The notes under the pieces: model-generated | What the model was told of the DNA's origin: nothing | The model's input: the letters and a program-made list of their open reading frames with translations, nothing else | The model's database searches: none | NCBI RefSeq assembly: GCF_009834535.1 | Contig: NC_045698.1 | Location: forward strand, 13,890,001 to 13,954,000 | Length of the DNA stretch: 64,000 bases | Source: Camelus ferus | Lineage: Eukaryota | Direction: 5' to 3' | Translations under genes and position numbers: made by a program | Shown: in pieces, positions 1-12,830 of the stretch | How the letters are laid out: each line of letters starts with the position of its first letter | Numbering within the stretch: position 1 is the first letter of the stretch

Positions 1-600
1 GCAAACATTTAACAGAAGAAGTGGTATAAATGGCAAATAAATATATGAAAAAGTTTTCAACTTCAATAGTGCTGAAAGAAATGCACATTAATCGAAATAA
101 GTTACCAGTTTAATCTCAACAATACTGACAAAACAAAATTTAAGACATTTGATGAGATTCTCCAAGTGCTGGATTGAATATACACCAATGGGAATGCCTA
201 TAAATTAAAGTAAGACACATGTAATAATTCATACAGTTGCATATTCTCATGCACAAGGTCCAGCCATTTCCCTGGCTTATATATGTAGGAAAACCCTGGA
301 ACACATACATCACAAGCAAAATTAATAGGAACACCAGGGAAACACAAATGTCCAACAACAGCTAATTAGATGCAATAACTCTGATGTATTTATATCATGA
401 GAGAGAAAATAAATGAATAACAATGTAGCTACGACATGGATAAATCTTAGAAATGAAATGTTGATTGAAATATTTTTTCAGAAATATCTCAGAAGACAGC
501 ATTCAAATATGGTAAATTTTTGTAAAGCTGAAAAAAAATATGCAAAACTAAATTGATTACAAAATGAAATAGTATATTTTTGAGGATAATGTTCTTCACA
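1..600 (+). mobile_element. Degraded ancient L1M (L1MC/ME-like) ORF2 end and 3' UTR
   Basis: L1-like motifs: aaatggcaaataaatatatgaaaaag, caaatgtccaacaaca, catggataaatcttagaaatgaaatgttga. Confidence 0.7.
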
Positions 601-2344
601 ACACTAATTAACTACAGTGATACAGTAAAATTTGTTTATTATTATACTTTGCAATATCTTCTTTGCAGATGTTGAATAGTACATTAAATATACAAAAAGA
701 TATAGAAACGTCTCAAAATTAATATATTCTATAAATCGCTTAATACAGAATAATTAATAGTATTGGCATTAATTTTTGTCAATATACAATTAAAGTTACT
801 TTGATGTTTATGTACTATATTAAATAATTTTATATTATAAAAATAAATGGATCCATTAAATTAAAATTATTTAAATGTTGATTTAAATATTTTCTTATTG
901 GGAATGACTTATGAAAGAAGGCATTGCTACAGCTTTTCTAGAAGCTAATATTGATCATACTTGTTATTTTTATCATTTTAAAACTAAGAGAGAATATTCA
1001 GTCTGAATTCTCACTTTGTAAATTACAAAACTGAAACTGACACAGTTTAAATGACATATCTTGGTGAAGCCAGGGCTCTGATTTACTTCTTAGGTCTTAT
1101 TATTGCCACTACATTAATATTTCTTTTCTATTGTGACCATTGTACATATTTTAATGTATTCCTAAATTTCTAAACAAGGTATGTGCTCACTTCTGAGGAC
1201 AAAAAGCAATCTGTCCTAGAAATCTGAGGCAAGAATAATATTATCAGTTTTAATCACTGGTATCAGCATCCTTAAAAGGAGTTCTCTGCTCCTTTTCTGA
1301 ATAGGAAAGGTTAGAAGCAACTTTAGTGTATCAGAAAAATGTTTTGTAGGAGAGGATTCTGGAAATACTACATCTTGAGAAAGGACTAGAATAAAAGAAC
1401 AACTAAGCATCTGACAGTTTTCAGCTGTCACCTCACTGCCCCATGTCTGCACTGTCCATTCTGTCCTCTGGAACCGGAGCAGGCTTGTACACATTCCACA
1501 CTTGGGTACAGGAAACTAAGTCCTTCTGGATGGAAACAGACTTCTTCCATGTTGTTCCAAAGTCATCTTATATCCCCAGTGTACCATTACTCTTCCAGCA
1601 CTTAAGGATCAGGAGCACAGCATTGGGATCAGATACCAATTTGTCTGTGGACTTTACTACCATTGTGTTCTGGGGGAAGCTGAACTGAATCTAACCTTAC
1701 TGTAGATGCCACTAATAATCTGTATGACACACCATCGGGGTAACCACAGGCGGGACCGATAAAGAGTTATGAAAAACAGAATGGCAGAGTAAGCTTAGCA
1801 TCACTACTGATGCAAACTGAATCATTGCTGTCTATTTCCTAAAAGTAGGGTGATGTGTGAAATCTATAGCTTTAATTCCGGGTAATTAGAGCTGAAAACC
1901 TGCTGTAGCCTTGTGGTCACTTATGGCTACTAAAATGCATTCTAGTATTTTCTGCTCAATAATGAAATTAGCTAAATCTATATTAGTATATTGGCAAGTT
2001 CCTTTGAGTTTTTATTTCTTATTTCCCACCGTCCTTGGGTTAGTGTTCTACCCTTTGAATGTCAATCACTTTATCTATAAATGTGAACATATCCATGTGT
2101 GTTAGAAGCATTTTGCTACAGCAAAAATTGGATAATGTCCCTGAGGTTCTTAATGCAACATTTCTGTTTTTGCTACTATTATTTTTAGGTTCATGCTTCA
2201 TTTCTAGAAATCAGTTTTCGATCCTTTTGACGGCAGAGTAAATAAACTACACGGCGATCAAACTTCAGTACAAGCCCCTTTCAGAACTCTTTCGGAATAT
2301 GAACTTTGGGACTTTATTTGTTATTTCTATGCCTTATTTATTTA

Positions 2345-2491
2345 TTTTAATATTTTGCAAATGATTATTTTATTTAAAAAATTTTTTTTGGCTCAAGAAC
2401 TTTTTTATTATGAAAGCATTTCACAGCATATACTTTTTTTTAAATTGAAGTATAGTCAGTTTATAGAGTTATATCAATTTCTGGTATGCAG
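2345..2491 (-). mobile_element. Very short 5'-truncated L1 3' end with composite A-rich tail, inserted in a MIR
   Basis: 2434-2491 (tttttttttaaattgaagtatagtcagttta...tcaatttctggt) is the reverse complement of the L1 terminus seen at about 17215-17260. Candidate TSDs at 2330-2344 and 2492-2506; MIR-like sequence on both sides. Confidence 0.65.
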
Positions 2492-2792
2492 TGCCTTAAT
2501 TACTTAATCTGTAAACCGAAATAAAAATGATGTGACTTGCCAAACTATGTTTTGAGAAACAATTAAGGAAGCTACGCAAACTTTAAAACAATGAGCTTGG
2601 GAGAGAGCAGAACATTCATTTTAATCCTTTCTGAAAATCGAAAACAAAACAGAAACAAGAACAAAATATATGGCACACTGAAAATCTTATACATGTGATT
2701 TTCAGCATGTATAAAATACTATACTAGATAAAAATCATCCATGTTTTATGCAATACCAGTGTACCAGGATTTCACATCAGCAGAGTGTCCAT

Positions 2793-2872
2793 ATGGAGAC
2801 AGGGACGCAGGGAAGGCGGTACTCCAGTGCATGATGGAGACAGGGACGCAGGGAAGGTGGTACTCCAGTGCA
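2793..2872. repeat. 41-bp tandem duplication, 2 copies
   Basis: atggagacagggacgcagggaagg(c/t)ggtactccagtgca starts at 2793 and 2834, with one mismatch. Confidence 0.95.
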
Positions 2873-5699
2873 AAAGCAGGCTGGATGCTAAGATAGCAGA
2901 TTTTCTATAACAAAGAACAATCTATTTTATCTAGTGAGTTTGTTCGAAAATCTGATATGTGTGCGGTACCGTGATGGATTACAGTGAGAACACAAAACAG
3001 TGAAATATGTCCCCCTCTAGATTTCCCATTATTGATATGGACTGGAGAAAACAACTTCAATAATGTATTTTTTTTCAGTTTGTTTTCTTCGAAATTGTGA
3101 CTTCAGTGTTTAATATATGTTTACACCAAAGCCATTAATACTGAAATAGATGCCTTCCAAAAACCTAAATTACGTTCATTAGTATATGTAGCAAAGTTTA
3201 CCAGGGAATCAGTAGATTTCTAATCTAATTATTCATCTTCTGAAGTTAGTATTAAAATATATAAAATTGTAAAATATATAAATAGATGGATGTAAATTTT
3301 CTTGTTTATATCATGTAGATTATTTTCCTCAAAATGTGGTTTCATTCTTTTCCTTTATGAAAATTCACTCAAAGTGAAAAACCTTAAATACTACTAAAAT
3401 ATTAAATTTCAGTGATTATAAATTTAATTAAATTATTATATTTATTGCTTCCTGAATTTCATAAATGCCCATGCTTATAAGGATGTGCTAACAAATTATT
3501 TTTTTTTTTGTCCTGTTGCTTTGATTTCTATAAAAAAAGATTTCACTATAGGCAAATATCGACAAACCAAAACAGTCTGAAGTCTTAATAGTTAATGTGG
3601 ACTGATGATAGAACATTTTAAAATGCATGCATAATATTTTATTTATGAATAAATATGTTTCCACCATTTCCTTAAACAGATATATAGAAATAAGTTTTGC
3701 AGACAACTAAGTGTTCAAATTAATCAGAAAGATTCCACACAATATGCTTGTTTTGAAACAAAGGTAGTATTACTATTTTTATTAGCTTTTTAAAAAAATT
3801 TGTTTATGAAAGTCTGTAATGTTTCAGGCAAGAAAAAGAGAATATAATTAATAAATACTAGGAGTTCCTCACTAAAGTGAGCATTTAATATACGTAAGAA
3901 TTACTCTATGGATAAAACTATCACAATGTTCAGTATGTGCCTGGTGCCCCAAATAGGCTCTTTTCCTCTCCTTCCCTTCTTTATATCTTATTTAAATATT
4001 AATTGAGAAATCAAGTGTTGTAATCGAAATAATCTGTCACAATGGATAAGAATATATATCTGATATCTAGTAGATTAACCCTCAAACATCTCTTTCCTGT
4101 AGTCAAATAAAACAGTTTAAAAATAAAACATTCTGTGAATATTATATGATAGATAATTAAAGCAGCCTTATGTGTTTCAGATCACTTGCTTATTTCATAA
4201 CAGTTAAAGAAATCTAATACTTGTCTAGAAGAACTGTCAAAAATTATAAGGCAATTAGAAATGCATCACTCAAAACTCATTCCATGTATTTATCTAATTT
4301 TTTGTCAGTTTACGGTATAAAATCTTAATGTTCTGATCCTATAAAGATCCCAGACTGAAGTGCATTAATTAAAATGAATCTCAACCTCCTTAATGACATC
4401 ATTTTTCTTCTGGTTACCCATAGATCCTCCAACAGTTCCAATTCCTTTAGTATTATTGCCTGAGACTAATATAAGTTGGAAGCTTTGAAATTTTAAGTCG
4501 TACTTTTGATTTTATGAATGAATACTGTCTTTGTTCTGCAAATGAGAACTGTAAACTCAATTTTACCTCTATGTGAAATTAATTATATTGGGATGTTCTT
4601 AAGTATTTGCTATTGATTATGAAATAAATTAAAAATAGGTTTTTAAAAATTTCTATTAAAATGTCACAATTGGTCCATTCAGTTATATTAAAGAATCTAA
4701 CACATGGAATAACTATTTTCTACTTTTAGTAATAATGAAGAGTTTAACATTTATCTTCCATCTTGGTCTCTTCCTCCACAATGTCTGTGAACCCTTCTAC
4801 TGTTATCTTTGTTAGAATTCCCAAAATTCAGCTTGTGATCAACTGTTGTGCTGTTCTTTGAACTTATATTTGCCATCATAATTTTATGCTGCCTAAAAAT
4901 TCACTAATAAAATAAAACATCATTTCATATTCTTTTTCTTTTTCTGAGTGAGGAATATAAGGATAATAAAAATTTTCTTATCAGATACAGTCAACACCTG
5001 AAAGGGGTTTGTCAATTATAGCAAAATAGCTAACACAAGAAATCATTAACACAAATGATATATATATGTATATATCTGAAACACTTGTATTGAAATATTT
5101 GAATACATAATTATTAAAAAAATCTTGGAATTCTGGGTGTAGAGATAAAGTCTTATCTCTGAGAATGGATCTGCTGTTGCTTGGGCTTACTGTCAATGTC
5201 ACCATTCCTGTAAAAGGCACATGCACTGCATCATGTACGAATCCAAAACTGATTTAGTCCAAGAGAAGGAAAATGTGAAGATAAATCTGAAATACTTTAA
5301 ATACACCAACACTCTTAGAAATTCCTGAAATTTTATAATGATCTCCTTTTTCTTCTAAATTGCAGCGTATTTCTAGCAAATCATTTTTATCAAGTCTTAG
5401 GAAAACTTAAAGCTTAAACTACACAAATCCTCATTCTATTATGCACATATGTCATATTATTTAATGTAATATTTAAATAAATTACGGAATTACAATGACA
5501 AGTTCAACAGGCTTTGAAATAGAATTCAAGAAAGGAAACTTTGTATTTTGGCCAGGAATTAGCAACTGATACCAGACTGACCTGCTATCATATATGACTA
5601 TAAAACTGAACAAAATACTGTTCTCAGAGCATTGGACAGACAACAAAGAACTATGCTCCTTGAGAGAAGAGAGACATACAAACAGAGCCCTAGGACTCC

Positions 5700-7990
5700 T
5701 TCCAGTTTTGATAATACATTCACCACGGCCAAGTCTGCATCTGCCTGGAGGGAAAGACTGGCTATTTAACATTTTCAAATCAACGAATGTAATTCACTGC
5801 ACATACATATAATTATTTCAATAGATGCAGAAAAAAATAACAAAATTTATCACCTATTTTTTAAATTAAAAAGAAAAACAAAAACATTCAGCAAGCTTAG
5901 ACTAGAAGAAACTTCCCCAAACTGAATATTGTCTGCACCAAAACCTATAACTGTCATCACTGAATGTTTTAACCAAAGGATCAGAAAAAAGGCAGGGTAC
6001 TTTCAGCACTTCTCCTGAACATTGGATTGAAGGTTATAGTCAGTATAATTAGGGATGAAGAAAAAATCATCATATCAATTGTAAAGTAAGAAACAAATCT
6101 ATATTTCTTCACAGATCACATGATCATCCACGTACAAATGATCTTCCCAAAGCTTTGGAACTAATATGAGTTAACAATATTATAGGCTGCAAGTTCGTAT
6201 TAACAGGTATTTCTATAAGACTAAAAATAAAGGAACATTTACATATCAAATTTATGTAACATAAAAAAATCTAATAAATAATATATGTTCAATATTTGCC
6301 TGCTGCTGAAACCTACAAATTTTATTAAAAGAAATTTAGACTATCTAGATACCTGGAAACATGTTACATTCATGCATAGAAGATTCAGTATTTTTGAGAT
6401 GTTCATTCTCTCAAAACTGAATTATAGATCTAATGGAGTAGCAATCAAAATTCTACTTCAGATTGTTGAAGAATTTGACAAGCTGATTCTAAAACTTATA
6501 TGTAAAAGAAATGGTCCTAAATTAGCCCAAGCAATTTTAAAAGAGAAGAAAGCTGTTGGAAAACTCACATTTTCTGATGTGTTACTATATAGCCATAATA
6601 GTGAAGACAATGGAATTGGTAATAAGACATGTCTTATACCAATTATATACATGTATATTATATATATTTGTGTATATATAATATATATAAAACTGATGAT
6701 ATGCACAGAAGACAGTTTCAGCGTGTTTATAGCAAAAGTTGTCATGATAAGTAAATAGAGAAATATTAGCATTTATAACAAATAGTGGGTGTGTTGTAAA
6801 TTCATATGTTAAGTAAATTATACTGGACCCTTACCTCTCATTATACATAAAATATGACTCAAAGTGAACCCCAGATCAAAATATAAAGCCTTAAATATAC
6901 ATATATAATAACCAACAGGATAAATGTTTTATTACCATGTGTTTAGCAAATAATTCTTAGATAATACACTAAAGTCAAGAATCATAAAATAAACCAAAAA
7001 TATACATTGTAATTTTCAAAAAATATTCCCTTCCTTGAAAAGTACTGTTTATTAAGTAAGCACTGTTTATTAAGTATTCTGTAAAGTATTGTTTATTAAG
7101 AAAATGAAAAGATAAGACACAGAAGATGAGAAAATATTTGAAAAGCACACTGCTGATAAAGTCATCTATCCACAATATATTACACCTCAAAGCTAAATTA
7201 TAAAAAGCTGAACGTTATAAAAATGTGCAAAAATTTTAACAGAAAATTCTTCACAGCAGATATATAGATATAAGTGCATAAAAACATTGTCAACATGACT
7301 AGCCTGTGGTGAAATGCAAATTGAAGCAATGTTATGTCCCTTAACACTTCCTAGAATGTGGGGGGGTGAGGGATACACTGACAATGTCAAAGCTGAAGTG
7401 CAGCTGCCGGTGGCAATGCAGTTATACAGCCACTTTGGGAAACAGGCATGGCTTCCTAACTTCAATAGACTATTAGCCCAATGACCCCACCTCTACCTAT
7501 TAACCCAAAGTAAATTAAAACACATGTCCTCATACAATTTGATTAAAAATATTGATGGAAGCTTTATTCAGAATAGCTAAAAACTGGAAACAAGTCATAT
7601 TTCCATCAACAGATGTAAAAATAAAGTGTTGGATATATACACATAAGAGAATAATAGCAACTACATATTGACATAATGTCATGGACAAAGATCAAAAGCA
7701 TATGCTACACGAAAAGAGCCAGTCAAAAGAGTCTATATGTTTTCTCTTTCGTTTTTACTACATCTGGAAAAAAAAAAAAAAGAAAAACTATAGACTCAGA
7801 AATCAGATTAGTAGTTTTTAAAATTTGTAACTGGGAGAAGGAAGTCATGTCAGAGAGAACTTTCTGAGGTGACAGAATAATGCTCCACCATGGTTGTGGA
7901 TCTGAATGTGATCATATGGATGTGTGCATTTTTGAAAGCCCACTGAAATATAACAAGATCCGTACATTTAAATACATGTCAATATTATTT
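5700..7990 (+). mobile_element. Degraded L1M ORF2 (RT to C-terminus) plus 3' UTR
   Basis: ORF 6285-6758 peptide (FILSKLNYRSNGVAIKI...FDKLILKLICKRNGPKLAQAILKEKKAVGKLTFSD) resembles L1 ORF2p; 3' UTR motifs such as gctttattcagaatagctaaaaactggaaacaa; many frameshifts. Confidence 0.9.
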
Positions 7991-9089
7991 AGTTTTTTAA
8001 AAAATCACTTAGATAAGGAGAATAGAATGCTCATACATCCTAGAGAGAATCCTATGCTAGCTACCGGCATATGGCTGATTGTGGGCATCAACTAAGTTTT
8101 ACACAAAATAAATCACAGTTAAGAGAGTTTAGTGAATGTATTTCAACAGTGCTCCAATTGTAAAGTTATTTTCTAGATGTCTACATAGGTGCTAGAATAT
8201 TTTATCATTATCTGCAATGATTTATAAAAATGTATTTCCATCTTCTTCATCTGTGTGCTATTTTCTGGTGGTTTCCAAAAGTTAATAAGGTCTCTTATTA
8301 ATAAGACTAATAAGTAATAAAGTAATAGTAAGTAACAATAAAATTAATAAGTAATAAGGTAAAAGGTCTCTAAGCCCCATGAAGACATATCAAGTAATGA
8401 CTGATGTATTTAGCATGTATTTCAGTCAAATTTATGGTAGTGACACTAGCTGACTGTTATGACACCACGTGCCAGATTCTGGGTGAAGAAGCTTCGTCTA
8501 GCCCTTACTGGCATCCTTCGTTACAGATAAGAAAATATGTAATATTTTTGCTAAATAATTTCCCCAAGTTCCAGCCATGTGAAATGAACAGAAGCAGAAT
8601 TTAACTAGAGACGGTCTTACTTTAGATTTAGTAGTCTTAAACATTATGCATTATTGCCTACTGAGATAATCTAAGGACTTTATTGATAATGCAATGATAA
8701 TTAATTAGATATAAATCAACACCTTTCATAAGCAGAGAAGTATATGTAATGAAAACAATAAAAATGCCAGAGCAGTCTACATTTATTTAAAAAATCTCTA
8801 AAATATGTTCAGATTCATATAGAAGATATTAGAACATCTCTTCTGTAATTTTTAAATCCTTCAAATTTCAAATAACATGAAAGGTGAGACTTGGGACAGT
8901 TAATGTAATTTTGGAACTGAATACAAACATCTTTTAGAGTGGAATTTTCCTGCATAAAATGAAATGCGTTAGTTAAGAGATCTTCACCTCACATATTAAA
9001 CATACATATTAATCTCTGAGTCAAAAGTTGAATATAGTTACATATTTATTAAAAACAGGTTAAACATTCTCTTTTTGAAAAACATTTGA

Positions 9090-9680
9090 GAATACTGCTA
9101 GAAATACATGCTCTTGGTATGTGCACCCAAGGGATATACATAGAGACATTTTTCACATTTGCAATACGAAACATGTATAAGATGCATAAGATACGTTATA
9201 TCAGCAATATTAACAATACCTGAGGCTACAGAAAACTGAAAACAACCCAAAGCCTTTGGAAGTTGTATGAATTTGTTAAAATAGATTTATTTTCTCATCA
9301 TAGTGAAAATGAATAGACTTTTTCTGTACTTTTTGACATGGATGAATCTCAAAAACAGCACTGAAAAAAATTCACAGAAGTGCGTATTTGGCTCATTTAT
9401 ATTTTCAATGCCCATGAGCCAACAAATATAAGGATAGTTATACACATAAATATAGATAAACAGCTTAACTGTATTTGGTAAAATTATAGAGAAAACAAAG
9501 GAACGGATAATACAAAATTCAATCTTGATGCGCTCCGGATAGAACGGAGAGGGATGTCACAGAGATGCAAAGCTTATTTCTTCAAGGTGGGTGGCTCTTT
9601 AATTAGTGTTCATTTTATTCCTCAACCTGACTATATACTTAAAATATCAATATACATGATAAATATTATAATGCCAATTG
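9090..9680 (+). mobile_element. Highly degraded L1ME-like 3' end
   Basis: aaactgaaaacaacccaaa and gacatggatgaatctcaaaaacagcactgaa motifs. Confidence 0.6.
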
Positions 9681-10246
9681 AAAAAAAATTGGTCCAGTTT
9701 TTTAAATATATCTGTATATTAAGCAGAGATATATGTGTATCTTTACATACACACAACTTAGACACTCATTATTTCAAATTATGTTCTAATTACCAACTAA
9801 GCACAATTTTCATAGTTTTATTTATCAATATCTTTCTTTAGGGATCGTACAATTTGTATTTTTATAAAACGTTTCCTATTCAAAGGCATAGTGCTGAAAC
9901 CTAACATTTCATTTAAGGTTTAATTTTTATATTCTACAAATAAGAAATACTTAGTTTTTATGGTTGGAGGTAGGTAAGTAAGTTCACTTTCATTTTCAAA
10001 GCCAGATGACATATCCTGCTTTCAGCTGTTTGTTGAAGTGTCCATCCATTCTCCACATTGGCCTGCAAATAACTCTGTCTTATAGCAATTTGATTGTATG
10101 GTTTTCAAACGATGCAACTTGTATCAACACATTTTTTTTTCAAAATTGCTACATGGTTTAGTATATCATCCATATTAGTATATTTTGCTTTATGTGTTTG
10201 AAAATTACATGTATTTTTCAAGTCCACTGAACTATATACACGTATG

Positions 10247-10252
<6 letters not shown>

Positions 10253-10298
<46 letters not shown>
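10253..10298. repeat. (TA)n microsatellite
   Basis: Uninterrupted TA run. Confidence 0.97.
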
Positions 10299-10301
<3 letters not shown>

Positions 10302-11423
10302 AAATATCAAGTGTTTTTCTTTTGTGCTTTGAAATAGTTTTATCATTACTCATTCCCAGTTTCCGAGAGATTTCTGTTACCAGTTTCCCCCAACATTATG
10401 GTTTTTTTGTTTGTTTGTTTATTTTGAATCTATTTTATTAAGTTCATTCAAGTTTCAAATGGGCACATCACCCTTGTGACACATCCTACATGTTAATATG
10501 AGATGACATTCTCATCATCATGATAGCTTTCTGTTTTAAAGTATATTTTCTCTGATACTAACATAGTTCTGCCAGGTTTCTTTTGTTAGAATTGTCTATT
10601 TTTTTAAAATTCTACTATTTTAAAACTTTCTCTACCTTTACATCTCATTATTTATCTATTATGAGTAGCATAAATATAACTTGTTTTTCTTATTTTACTC
10701 CAGTACAGTAATGCTGTTTATTTATCTTACTTATGCCACTTCGGCTATTAATGTATATTTTTACTACCTTATTATGTGTTTCAGATTTGTCTTAATTTTT
10801 CTGTTTTCAACCCTTTGTAATGTTACTTTCCAGTAGATTGTTTAAGGTTTTATTATTATTCCATTTCTCCTCTAATTTTAAATCTGTGTACTAAATTTAC
10901 TTTTTTTACTCTAGAAATGTTAACATGCTTTTGTTAACTCAGGAAAATCTAAAACAATTGGCATCTTTAGTCTCTTCCTGAATATTATAACTTTAAATGC
11001 TTTAATTTCAGTGCAGTCTCACAACTTCATGCCTATAAGATATAGTGATGATGATGAAGCTTGTGGTCTTGTTAATCTGTCAAAGTTGATATTTTATGTT
11101 ATTACATAGTCAGTATCCTCACATGTACTGCTTTCCTTGTCATCATTCCTTACTGGGTCTTCCTTTTGAAATAATTTTCTTTCTTTCTAACACATTTTGA
11201 AGTAACAATATTAACCTCCTCAACTGTAGTCATTTGAAAATATGTCTGTTTCACACTTGTCAAAGAGTTAGTGAGGCCAAGGTGATCTGAAATGACATGT
11301 AAGAAGTGTCACATACACAATTTCTGATAGGTAACGCTTTCACATTTTCATTCCCTCCACCCAGAACTAAAGTGAAAACAGAACACATGCCCCATCTTTA
11401 CTCTTTTTGTTTGGTAGGATGTG

Positions 11424-11453
11424 ACGTGTGTGTGTGTGTTTGTGTGTGTGTGT
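11424..11453. repeat. (TG)n microsatellite
   Basis: Interrupted GT run. Confidence 0.9.
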
Positions 11454-11539
11454 ATCTTCATTTAATCTTTTATGAGTGCCACGTTTTGGAATGTTTGGGA
11501 GTATTTCATCATACTGAAAAAAGAGCTATATAGTATTAC

Positions 11540-12830
11540 TTATGATTTAAAAGAAACATTATGGCAGATTAAAGGAGGCTAAGTCAAAAAAAAAAAAAAC
11601 TATTTAGAAAGCTACTGCAGTACTCCAGTGGAAGTGATGGTTGTTAGGACAGCGATGGGGGTGATGGAGATGGTAAGACGTGGTTCACTCATGGGTATTT
11701 TTTAAAGTATAGCTGGCAGAAGAATGTCTGAGGAATTGGATGCACAGCATAACAAAAAGAGAAGAGCCACACACGACTCTGGGTGATCTGCAGAGCAATC
11801 TGAAGACTGTGACTGTCGCTGCTGAAGTGGAGAAGGTTTCTGGGGGAGTAGGTGTACAGAGAAATTGGATTCTGAGGAAGATATTTACTTGGATCATATT
11901 GGATTTGAGACCTCTGTGAGGAGATATTAAGGTGGTTAATGTGATATCCAGGGGAGAAGTGCCCAAGTTGCTGCAGATTTAAATTTGAGAGCCATCAATA
12001 TGTAGATGCCACAAAAGTCCATTCTATTGAATGGCATTACTTGGGCAGTAACTCAAGACAGGTCTGAGGTCTGAAAATCAGATGCCCCACAATTCAATGA
12101 ATAAAGAGATGGGGAAGAAGTTATCAACACACTGAGCTAGAAGAATCAGAGACAGAATCAGAGAATGATGTGCCCTTTAGCTAAAGAAAGAACTTGTTTC
12201 TTAAAGGAGTTGTCAATTGTGACAAATGTTGAAAAATTTTTGAGCAAATGGAGGAATGAGAATTAGACTTTGGATTTTGCAGTGGGAAGGACAAGGGTAA
12301 TTTTGGTGAAGTTATGAAGATAAAAAACTTTTTAGAGTGCATTTTAAAGAGTATGAGAGTAGAGAAAAGGCAGGCTGTTAATACAGACAATTCCTTCAAG
12401 GAGTTTTTCAGGAAATGGAATGAAATAATAGAGATGTCTCTGGAGGGAAACATTTGATCAAGGTAGGTTTTCGTTTGCTTGAATTGACTTTATTTGCAGT
12501 AGAAAACAAAGGCTGTTTTTGAGGACAGGGGAATTATGTATCAGATAAGGAAAAATAAAGATACAGGGAAGAGGAGAAATTATTAACAGTGTGATGTCTA
12601 AGAGTGAGCAAGAAAGGACGTGATTCAGAGCACACATAGAGCGGTGGCCATAAGCATGGCACAGAGAGTTCATTCACACTAATGGGATTTTTAAAATTAA
12701 TTATTTATGGGATTACTGCCCATAGGACTAGTTAGGTTGGTAGATATGATAGAAGAAAAATGTAGAAACGCCTTTCTGATTGGTCTTGTTTTGTGTTATT
12801 AAAGAAGCAAGATCATCTAATGCATGTAAG
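11540..12830 (-). mobile_element. L2 LINE fragment
   Basis: Purine-rich antisense-L2 motifs: gctactgcagtactccagtggaagtgatgg, gatttaaatttgagagccatcaatatgtagatg, gacaattccttcaaggagtttt. Confidence 0.75.

Noticed and set aside
6285..6758. 157-aa ORF, longest in the track
   Set aside because: Decayed L1 ORF2 fragment running into AT-rich low-complexity sequence; not an independent gene
8290..8362. Repetitive taataag/agtaa tract
   Set aside because: Simple low-complexity DNA with no spacer structure
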